Below, in pieces: positions 1 through 8,100 of a DNA stretch of 18,806 nucleotides. This stretch comes from Amoeboradix gromovi X-113. Lineage: Eukaryota > Fungi > Sanchytriomycota. The notes under the pieces were generated by a model. The model had not been told where the DNA came from and did no database searches. It saw nothing but the letters and a program-made list of their open reading frames with translations. Location: contig JADGIF010000122.1 of assembly GCA_018985225.1 (NCBI GenBank), forward strand, positions 1 through 18,806. Direction: 5' to 3'. The position numbers and the translations under genes were made by a program. Within the stretch, counting starts at the first letter, position 1. Each line of letters starts with the position of its first letter.

Positions 1-65
1 CCACTCGCCTCTTAAATAATGTTCCAAGTTGTTACAGAAAGTTAGTCCAGTTTTTATATTTGATG
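1..65 (-). repeat. Left-end fragment of the GGGACATC-TIR transposon family; element runs off the window start
   Basis: The reverse complement CATCAAATATAAAAACTGGACTAACTTTCTGTAACAACTTGGAACATTATTTAAGAGGCGAGTGG matches 3240-3328 and 18687-18774. It has an internal 23-24 nt deletion and lacks the terminal GGGA. Confidence 0.92.
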
Positions 66-257
66 AAACACATGTTAAATTTTGGAAATCTAGCTTACGG
101 CTTGGTTGGGATTGGATTTCTCGGTGGAGTGTTTGAAAATGAGTACCAAATATATTGCCTTCTACTTCTTTTTTTTGGAATAATTTTAATCATGATCCAA
201 GAAGATGGATATAAAAGACTTAGAAATACTGAATCAACCGATACTCTAGTGGAATAA
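60..257 (+). CDS. Small hypothetical two-TM protein, or the 3' remnant of a membrane-protein gene abutting the transposon end
   Basis: 65-codon ORF with two hydrophobic stretches (LAYGLVGIGFLGGVF, IYCLLLLFFGIILIMI). Its first codons overlap the repeat end. No family recognised. Confidence 0.3.
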   Translation: MMKHMLNFGNLAYGLVGIGFLGGVFENEYQIYCLLLLFFGIILIMIQEDGYKRLRNTESTDTLVE

Positions 258-1168
258 AATATAAAGTAAATAATTCATGCCTTCAGTTTTTTCTCTGGGA
301 CACACTGCACATTAAATCACCTAGATATTAATGCGAGGGGAGAAATTTATGTTGCCATTTCTTGTCTCCAAAGTTGATCTTGTAACAATTACTAACAACC
401 TTTCAATTACCAGAAGATAATTACAGCAAACAAACACATCCCTGTCGAAATCTACATCACAGCAGGTACATTGGCGTAATCTAAGGCAGTTTAGAACCAA
501 AATCTCTTTGGATGCTATGGTCCTGTTGCTAATATAGCACTACTCAACACTTATGAAACGTGGAATAAGATGCAAAAAAATTCTTTTTAACTTATAGATT
601 AAGCCATCCTTTGCAATACTATTTTGCGTTCTTTATATTGCGCCTATTCTTACACCGTCATAATAATTGTTTACATTACTTTGTGGCTTCTTTTATTTAG
701 ATTATTAGTGGCTATATTTCTGAATAACTTGAGCGAATTCTTACCGCCTAGGTAAAACGAAATTCTGGTGTTGACGGCTTTGTGATAATAAGAATCAGGA
801 GGAGGCATTAAACGACTATAGACAGAGCAGCCTGTATCCAGCAAATTTATGGCTACTTGTTAATTGTTTCAAGAAAAGTAAGTAAAAACAAGTGCCCATA
901 TTCTAACAAGCATTGTGTTAGTTAAACGGGAGTAAGGGTAAAAAATTTTTATTTTCTGCATTGATCTATCGATTCTAATTGATTGAGTCGATTCATCTAA
1001 TTACATAAGCTATTCGCTACATTATACTTTTTTCAGACTTTTCTAACTGCATAAGAACCCTATATCTTGTTTATCATAAATTGCGTTGTTTGGAGGCGTA
1101 AAGCAGCGAGGAACATGTTCTTGAAATGTGTGCATTCTTGTTTAATCTAGCCTTAGGATAATAGAAGC

Positions 1169-2323
1169 ATGAGCTGGCACTGCAACAGGGTTACTGGCTT
1201 CTTATTTACTCTGTTTAAAATTCTTGCTATTTATAAAACCAGGACTTTTACAGTCAGTTTCAGGATGGTAAGCCGGAGTGTGAAACTTAGTTTTATGCCA
1301 AATTTCTGCACTCAGGATAATAAACTTTGTATTGGAGCATCAAAAACAAACGATTACATAAACGTTACAATAACCGCAGATAGTTCTATAGGCTATGGTG
1401 CATTTGGTACGGGAAACACCATGGATGGATCAGATATGATTCTTGTTTGGAACATAAACAACCAAATAGGAATTAGCAACAGAAAAGGTAGAGGTCATGA
1501 TATTGATTTGCAAAAGAATGTATGGAATGTGCAAAGCAAGGAAGTAATTGACAATAGCATAAGAGTAACTATTAGTAGATTGCTGGAGCTGGATAATAGA
1601 CCGCAAATCAAATCCATTAACTCATTCATTTGGTGCTGGAGTCTCGACAAAATAAAGAGTCTGGAAGAAAGTGCGGCAATCCCATACCATGATCTAAGTG
1701 GCACTTTTACTATGAATCTGGAGAGCGGAGAGTTAAATATAGTCGAAAAAGCAAGTTCTGAGCTACAAACAAGTCACGGGATACTTATGTGCTTGGCTTG
1801 GTTGGTTCTAATTCCATTTTCTACAATTCTGTCCCGTTTCTTTAAGTTAAAACTGGCTAATTGGTTCAAAATTCACAAGATTATCAACATTTCTAGTAGT
1901 GCAATAGTTGTTTTGGCGCTTTTGCTCATTATCATTGATAGAAATGGTATTGTTTTTATTGGAAAGTTAGATCCTCATCCGATTTTTGGAATATTTATTT
2001 TTGTGCTGTTGCTGCTTCAAGTGTTTCTTGGGTTTTTTATAGATCAGAAATTTAACAGATTTAGGAAAATGGTACCACTCAGAGATAGACTTCATTGGTA
2101 TTTGGGGTATTTCACTATTTTTTTATCTGTAATTAATGTGTTTTTGGGAATGAAAACATCAAGCTCAAAAGTATACGGTTACGTATTTTTATCTATATTT
2201 TTGGTCTATATTCTAGTTTGGATTGTACTAAATTTGCGAATGGGAAGAGTTCATGAAGTATTTGAAGCCTCTCCTGAATCATCCAGCGATAACAACAATC
2301 GACAAGATGATCACATTGAATGA
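1169..2323 (+). CDS. DOMON plus cytochrome b561 domain membrane protein (CYBDOM, ferric-reductase-like)
   Basis: DOMON motifs GYGAFGTGNTMDGSDMILVW and IPYH. The b561 region has four heme histidines in TM helices (SHGILMCLAW, WFKIHKI, PHPIFG, RLHWYLG). True start uncertain. Confidence 0.85.
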   Translation: MSWHCNRVTGFLFTLFKILAIYKTRTFTVSFRMVSRSVKLSFMPNFCTQDNKLCIGASKTNDYINVTITADSSIGYGAFGTGNTMDGSDMILVWNINNQIGISNRKGRGHDIDLQKNVWNVQSKEVIDNSIRVTISRLLELDNRPQIKSINSFIWCWSLDKIKSLEESAAIPYHDLSGTFTMNLESGELNIVEKASSELQTSHGILMCLAWLVLIPFSTILSRFFKLKLANWFKIHKIINISSSAIVVLALLLIIIDRNGIVFIGKLDPHPIFGIFIFVLLLLQVFLGFFIDQKFNRFRKMVPLRDRLHWYLGYFTIFLSVINVFLGMKTSSSKVYGYVFLSIFLVYILVWIVLNLRMGRVHEVFEASPESSSDNNNRQDDHIE

Positions 2324-2349
2324 TATTTTCAATAAACTTACATCTTTTA

Positions 2350-3069
2350 TTAATCCACATGAGAATAATTATGTTCTTTGTACATAAAATATTGAAAAAA
2401 TACAATCAAGTCCAATCCTATAGTTCCCACTGAGCCAAGAAGAAACGGAAAACTGTTTGGAGACCAGTGTAATATTAAAGAGAGACTGTAAGTTGTGTTC
2501 CCCATTATTGCACAGAAAAACATTGTCAAGCTCAGGGATTGAACTGACTTTATCTTATAATTGGTTATCAGCTGGGGAAATCTGCTGCACAAATATAAAA
2601 GACAGCAGATCCAAGATATGAAAGAACCAAGGTTTTGATAATCTATGTTTGATGCGCCTCCCATTACAGGGCTCGCTAGAATAAGCGGGGACAGCAGGCT
2701 CGGAGACAGGCTTGGCCTTCTAGAGACTATGATAACCTCTGCAACGCTTCGATAAAAGATACATTGAGATAGCAAAATAGTATCAATCAGAACAAAGTAA
2801 ACTGCTAAATATACCTGAAATGGTTTTTGGTTAGTTAGTTTACCGCCAACTAGGTTGCATATGTCACCAAGTAACCAAATAAATATGAAGTTGACATTAA
2901 CGTACTTCTTGTTTTTGTAATTTTTAAGTATTTGGGGTATCTGCGCACATATCCAGAAGGCAATACTAGCATAACCAAGCAAGAAAGAAAACAACTCATT
3001 TGTAGTATATACGCATTCGTTTAGAAGTAATGGAAAACTATAGGCGAAATCTTTACAAGTTTGTTCCAT
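2350..3069 (-). CDS. PQ-loop vacuolar/lysosomal cationic amino-acid transporter (YPQ/PQLC2-like)
   Basis: Two PQ motifs (WICAQIPQILKNY, YLCSRFPQLITNY), plus WLLGDICNLVG, GNTTYSLS and FLLGSVGTIGLD. Start taken at the first ATG (3069) rather than the TTG at 3120. Confidence 0.9.
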   Translation of the reverse strand: MEQTCKDFAYSFPLLLNECVYTTNELFSFLLGYASIAFWICAQIPQILKNYKNKKYVNVNFIFIWLLGDICNLVGGKLTNQKPFQVYLAVYFVLIDTILLSQCIFYRSVAEVIIVSRRPSLSPSLLSPLILASPVMGGASNIDYQNLGSFISWICCLLYLCSRFPQLITNYKIKSVQSLSLTMFFCAIMGNTTYSLSLILHWSPNSFPFLLGSVGTIGLDLIVFFQYFMYKEHNYSHVD

Positions 3070-3235
3070 ATCTGAGACGTATATTAGAAACTGACCCGTC
3101 AGTTTGAATAGCTTTTCCAATGAATGTGCTTGGTAAGTAAAAAGAAGAAACCTTTACCAGAAGTCTCGACTTCTTACTTGGGCAATTCATAGGTGTGCAG
3201 AAATATCTATTTTACAACCTCCTATTTTTACAGTT

Positions 3236-3829
3236 GGGACATCAAATATAAAAACTGGACTAACTTTCTGTAACAACTTTGAACATTATTTCATCTTTAT
3301 TAATTTTATGGATTTAAGAGGCGAGTGGACATTCAGCTAGTTGCGGAGTTAACGAGTATGAAAGGAAAATAAATAACTATGTATCGAAATTTCAAAAATA
3401 AATATTCTGTACAGCTATTCTCTTACTCTTTCATCCAATCTTTATTTCAAATGAACCTCTGATTCATAATACTATTTCATAATTGAAATTCAGCAAGACA
3501 AGAGTCAGGGAGACTGTCCATAGATTACACTTCAAAGAAATGTAGTGTCTGTGAGAATGAAATAGACAAGAGTAATGATGTTAGTACAACATTACATAAT
3601 GACTCTAGAAAAGAGTACCGTCTAAGAAGATGCACCTCTTGCTTAGATGCTCAAAGACCTCATATATTTGAAAGAGATGTAGGGTCTTCTAGTTTTATTT
3701 TGAAGAGGGGAATACAATTAATGAGAGAATCTTGGTATAATAGAAGAAGATCTTTTATTAATGATAGCATTTCCTCCGTGTGGTGCACCTTTAAAAACGA
3801 GTTAGTCTAGTTTTTATATTTGGTGTCCC
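3236..3829 (+). mobile_element. Non-autonomous (internally deleted) TIR DNA transposon carrying a Fanzor/TnpB remnant; possibly IS630-Tc1-mariner type, in which case the ends extend to 3231/3834
   Basis: 30-bp TIRs GGGACATCAAATATAAAAACTGGACTAACT (3236-3265) and AGTTAGTCTAGTTTTTATATTTGGTGTCCC (3800-3829) match at 28/30. The left ~125 bp recurs at 18683-18806 and partly at 1-65. Flanks are TA-CAGTT and AAATG-CA. Confidence 0.9.
3487..3810 (+). pseudogene. Fanzor (eukaryotic TnpB-like RNA-guided nuclease) C-terminal fragment: zinc finger and RuvC-III
   Basis: The frame is open from 3487 to 3810 with no ATG upstream of the motifs. It reads ...SIDYTSKKCSVCENEIDKSNDVSTQLHNDSRKEYRLRRCTSCLDAQRPHIFERDVGSSSFILKRG..., matching the family pattern YTSKxCxxC-x(n)-CxxC-x(n)-RDxNAAxNI. 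Confidence 0.8.
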
Positions 3830-4045
3830 AAATGCATCAGCATCCCAATTAATTATGAGAGCACATGAATTGGCATTTTCTGTGTCCATTATGTGAAAAT
3901 GCTTGCTTGAAAAGATATGATTATATTTTGATTTAAAGGTATTATATCTTCCGTGAAATTAATTTTAACAGTCTTTCGTAAGGTCCGAGCGGCTCAAAAA
4001 AATCGGTAACACATTTATATATCTTAAAGTAACGACGACTAATAT

Positions 4046-4095
4046 GCAATTTTCCTCCGTTGCACAATACGTTGTGTACCTTCAAAACATGTTAA
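4046..4095 (+). repeat. Diverged copy of the element's 3' subterminal motif, containing a UACG-loop hairpin
   Basis: GCAATTTTCCTCCGT-TGCACAATACGTTGTGTA-CCTTCAAAACATGTTA aligns with 3767-3804 GCATTTCCTCCGT-GTGGTGCA-CCTTTAAAAACGAGTTA. Confidence 0.6.
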
Positions 4096-4824
4096 ATTAT
4101 GAAAGCAATACTTTTATTTTTTAAGTGACAAATATCTATTTAGACGAAGGTGAGTCAGCTTACCATTACAACACACTGCACAAATTCTAGATAAACCTTT
4201 TAAAACAAATGTCTGAAAAGGTTGAAATAATAAATTAGAAAATTCGATGTTTTACCGTCATGTTCTAATTTCTCTTCTTTGCCATCTTGGTCTTTCAGCA
4301 TTGCGAAGTAGATTTCTAAGACATGGGTCGGGGTCGTAACACATGCCTTAGTATCACTGTCTGCGGGTTAATCAGTGAGCTAACTGACCTTAAATTTGGC
4401 CTTGCGAGATTGCTGAATACTAATAAGCTTCCCGTCAGCCGCATAACAACTAAGGCAATAAACAGATCCACTGAATTCAATAACTCCAGTAATATCGAGA
4501 TCTCATATGTTTTCGATGAGAACACTCATTTGCGAATCATTGTAATCATGGACAGTTCCGCCAAGAGTTTAATATGCTGGCGCAGGTCTCTAGGTCACAG
4601 GTGACCTTGAAATTGGGTCACGAGTTGTGAAATTGCTTGTTTTCGTAATTAAATGGGTATAACCGTTGAACTACAGTTTGAGCACCTATTTTTAGGTTTT
4701 CGCATAAGTATTAAGTTGAATCTTTTTCATACTTGAGTCTCATTCACTCCCTTGCATTATGTTTTCATAGAGCATGTTGCTAACATTCTATTTTGATAAA
4801 GTTTCAAACCTCCTTTTATATTAA

Positions 4825-5472
4825 ATGTTCGCCAGAAGCACAGCTGACTGGATGAATTCCAACGGTCCTTTTAAATACCTTCACAAACTTAATGATATAA
4901 GAATTCCTTATATTTCTAACATAATGAAAATATCAGGTAAAAAAGTACTTGATGTTGGTGCTGGAGGTGGAATATTGTCAACAGAGCTTTTAAAAATGGG
5001 TGCAAACGTGACATCAATAGACTTAGAACCAAGTAATCTGAGCGTCATGCGCGAAGTTAAAGATTTAATGAAGTTAAACAATTGGGAGATAAAGAACGAA
5101 AATATATTCGATATCAACGACAAATATGATATTGTGATTGCTTCTGAAGTTATTGAGCATGTTGATGAGCAGCATGCGTTCCTATCTCGCTGCTGCGAGT
5201 TAACAAAGAAAAACGGTGCTTTTGTGTTATCAACTATAAACAAAACTCTCTTGTCTCATTTTATAACAATTACACTTGCTGAGAATTTGCTAGGTAAAAT
5301 CGACAAAGGAACACATGATTCTAGGCTTTACGTTTGCCCTGAGGATGTTAACGTTAAAGGCTATAGTTTATCAAATGTTAAGCCATTTATTTTAAATCCG
5401 CTAAGCGATAATTTTGTGCATATTGAATTTCCAACAATCCATTGGATTGGGTGCATGACTCATAATTCATAG
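4825..5472 (+). CDS. COQ3: Ubiquinone biosynthesis O-methyltransferase (Coq3/UbiG)
   Basis: WMNSNGPFKYLHKLNDIR, SAM motif VLDVGAGGGILS, YDIVIASEVIEHV, LSTINKT and GTHD. Confidence 0.9.
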   Translation: MFARSTADWMNSNGPFKYLHKLNDIRIPYISNIMKISGKKVLDVGAGGGILSTELLKMGANVTSIDLEPSNLSVMREVKDLMKLNNWEIKNENIFDINDKYDIVIASEVIEHVDEQHAFLSRCCELTKKNGAFVLSTINKTLLSHFITITLAENLLGKIDKGTHDSRLYVCPEDVNVKGYSLSNVKPFILNPLSDNFVHIEFPTIHWIGCMTHNS

Positions 5473-5558
5473 TAAATTTAATTATTACGACGCTTCTTAG
5501 ATTTGCTTCACTTTTAGTCGAGTATTAACTTGAGTTTCATTTTTCAAACTTCATTTTT

Positions 5559-7394
5559 ATGGATTACAATTACATCAGCTCTGATATTGGGAGAGATCAC
5601 CTCTCAACATTAGAAAGCTTTAAAAACGGACAGCAGTTATGTAAATTGCATCTAATTTGGAACGTGTTTTTGGATCCCAATTTGCTGGACCAATCTCATC
5701 AAAATATAGTTCTGTCTACATGTAAATTAATCTGTAATTTACCTCTCTATGGTATAAGATGGATGATTAAAGGCCTAATTGAGAATTGCTCTACTGCTCC
5801 AGATGATAATAATTTAGGCTCACGTTCAACTCTAGTTACCTTTATAGACACGTCGCCCAAAGATCTTTGCGTTCCTGACCACTACCACTCTTGGTTCTAT
5901 TCTTTTGAATCCAAGAAAATAAAAGGTAAATTAGACACCAACGTGAATATCGTGTCGCCTCGCTCTGATCTTTCTAAAGTTTTTAATACCATTCTAACCA
6001 CTTTACAACACTTCTTAACCACTTGGGCCTGTGAAGATCTCTCTTTCGATCTAGTGGAAGACGTGTTTTTGGTTTTATCTGTTTTATTCGAGGCCTCCAA
6101 CAACTTTAAAATACTAAACAACAACTTATTCTACAATTATGCGGTCAGTGAGACGATGGATGTTAAGCACCATTTTCCAAAGTGGAAACTTGACAACGGC
6201 TTTAGTGTTTGTAAATATCCATTTATTATGACTCCTTCAACTAAGGCGGATGTGTTAAGGGTAGAAAGCATGGTTCAGATGAGGCATGAACTTCAGGACG
6301 CATTTTTTCGCGCTATGTTCAGCGGCGTAAACAGTCCATATTTCACTTTGAATGTCCGGAGGGATTATTTAATCCGTGATGCGTTGTACCAAATAGAAAC
6401 AAAACATCCTTCAGACTTGAAAAAGCAATTGAGAGTGACATTTCAAAATGAGGAAGCTATCGATGAAGGTGGGCCGCAAAAAGAATTCTACCGCCTAATT
6501 ATTAGAGACATGTTTAAAGAAGAATATGGGCTTTTTAGATACTTCAAGGATAGCAGAATGTGGTGGTTTGCGCTGGATTCCATGGTTGATGGGGACTGCT
6601 TAAAAGAGTATAGACTGGTTGGAGAACTAATCGGAATAGCAATCTATAATGGTATTCATTTGGATATCAACTTTCCTTTGGCGCTATACAAGAAGGTTCT
6701 AAACGAGCCATTGGATTTAGATGATCTAAGGCTGCTAGACTCTCAACTGGCAAACTCTTTAAAGATTATCAAAACGATGAAATCAGATGTGGCTGAGTTA
6801 GGATTAACATTTGAAATCGAGATACCCAGTTATGGACACGTACAAAAGAGTGAGTTATGCTTAAATGGAAAGAACATTGCAGTAACCAACAGCAATAGAG
6901 AAGAATACATTAGACTATACATTGATTATTATTTAAATAGAAGCATGGCTAAGCCGTTTTCATCTTTCTATGAAGGCTTTAACTTGATAACAAAAGGTAC
7001 CGCACTGACACTATTCAGGGCGGATGAGCTGGAAGAACTGATATGCGGAATACCAGAAATATCATTCAAAGAATTAGAATCAATAACTCAATATGATGGA
7101 GGATACAATCGAGAGTCCACTGTGATAAAATGGTTTTGGGAAATAGTTTTTGGCTTTAGTGATGAAGATAAGAAAAAGCTGCTCTACTTCACAACTAGTA
7201 GCGACAGAGTGCCGACAGGCGGATTTAGTAAAATGTCATTTATAATAAGCAAGAACGGAGGTGACACCGATAGAGTACCAACGGCGCACACATGTTTTAA
7301 TGTATTGCTCTTAAACGAATACTCGTCCAAAGATAAGTTGAAATTAAAGCTGACAACAGCGATTAGAAATGCAGAAGGTTTCGGACTATTATAA
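5559..7394 (+). CDS. HECT-domain E3 ubiquitin ligase (Hul4/UBE3A/HERC4-like)
   Basis: YPFI, LNVRRD, DLKKQLRVTFQNEEAIDEGGPQKEF, ELEELICG, WFWEIV, catalytic PTAHTCFN and terminal EGFGLL. Confidence 0.95.
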   Translation: MDYNYISSDIGRDHLSTLESFKNGQQLCKLHLIWNVFLDPNLLDQSHQNIVLSTCKLICNLPLYGIRWMIKGLIENCSTAPDDNNLGSRSTLVTFIDTSPKDLCVPDHYHSWFYSFESKKIKGKLDTNVNIVSPRSDLSKVFNTILTTLQHFLTTWACEDLSFDLVEDVFLVLSVLFEASNNFKILNNNLFYNYAVSETMDVKHHFPKWKLDNGFSVCKYPFIMTPSTKADVLRVESMVQMRHELQDAFFRAMFSGVNSPYFTLNVRRDYLIRDALYQIETKHPSDLKKQLRVTFQNEEAIDEGGPQKEFYRLIIRDMFKEEYGLFRYFKDSRMWWFALDSMVDGDCLKEYRLVGELIGIAIYNGIHLDINFPLALYKKVLNEPLDLDDLRLLDSQLANSLKIIKTMKSDVAELGLTFEIEIPSYGHVQKSELCLNGKNIAVTNSNREEYIRLYIDYYLNRSMAKPFSSFYEGFNLITKGTALTLFRADELEELICGIPEISFKELESITQYDGGYNRESTVIKWFWEIVFGFSDEDKKKLLYFTTSSDRVPTGGFSKMSFIISKNGGDTDRVPTAHTCFNVLLLNEYSSKDKLKLKLTTAIRNAEGFGLL

Positions 7395-7432
7395 GAATTC
7401 AGAGTTTAAATAAAATTTGATTTATATGGATT

Positions 7433-8100
7433 TACTTGGGACACCGCCAAAATAAGACGAGCATTTAAAAAACCCATAATCATTGCCTATGATTTGCGTA
7501 ACAACTTGTAGTTATCAATTACTCTTCTTTGCCAACTTGATTTTTAGCACTGTTCAGTAAGCATTGAACTTGCTGAAGACTGCTACAATATGCACTCACA
7601 TCTCTATCTACATTTGTGTAACAATGTCACTTGCGCCAACAGGACCTGTACTTGATTGCTGAGTTCGGCCATAATTGCAATCATTCCGGTGAAGTTGTGA
7701 CGCTCTTTGGATGATCCTAACTCAGAAACAAGCAATTGAGATATATTTTTACAAGCTAAAAACACTAGCTTCTTGCTTTGTACACTACACAGCCCTTAAC
7801 CTCGTTTAATGCATTTCATGTTCGCATCTAATGCCTTTCTAAAAACCATCTCTGTATACCAAATCGGCATTTACTGATTCTTTGCTACTGGTAATGGTTT
7901 TAGAATTAATTCAGTTGTCTGACTAAATTTATTATAGAGCTTCAACGCTTTCTATTCTATTTCCCTCTTACTGACATCCAGTCTAGCTTCATATAACCCT
8001 ACTTATGTGGAAAACAACAGCAAACTTATTCCACAAAGTCATGCAAGATTCATTGCGTAAAAGATATTAATATGCCAACCAAGATCAGAAGATATCGACT
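7433..8100 (-). pseudogene. Heavily decayed TnpB/Fanzor-like relic ending in a related transposon right end (GGTGTCCCAA)
   Basis: One minus-strand frame, with five stops, contains KSISSDLG (D at 8084-8086), ELILKP (7895-7912) and LLVSELGSSKERHNF (7691-7735). After a frameshift it reads WRK*HCYTNVDRDVSA (7591-7638). The terminus TTGGGACACC is at 7436-7445. Confidence 0.45.

Noticed and set aside
1268-1290. GTAAGC...CTTAG 23-nt intron-like segment near the 5' end of the DOMON-b561 gene
   Set aside because: Splicing after the adjacent ATG leads to an early stop, and no upstream ATG was found in the frame that would be required. Unresolved without RNA data.
4316-4604. Overlapping ORFs 4323-4604 (+) and 4316-4525 (-), plus a minus-strand VYCLSCY fragment
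   Set aside because: No recognisable family, and a lone CxxC is insufficient. The region may be decayed DNA but cannot be called.
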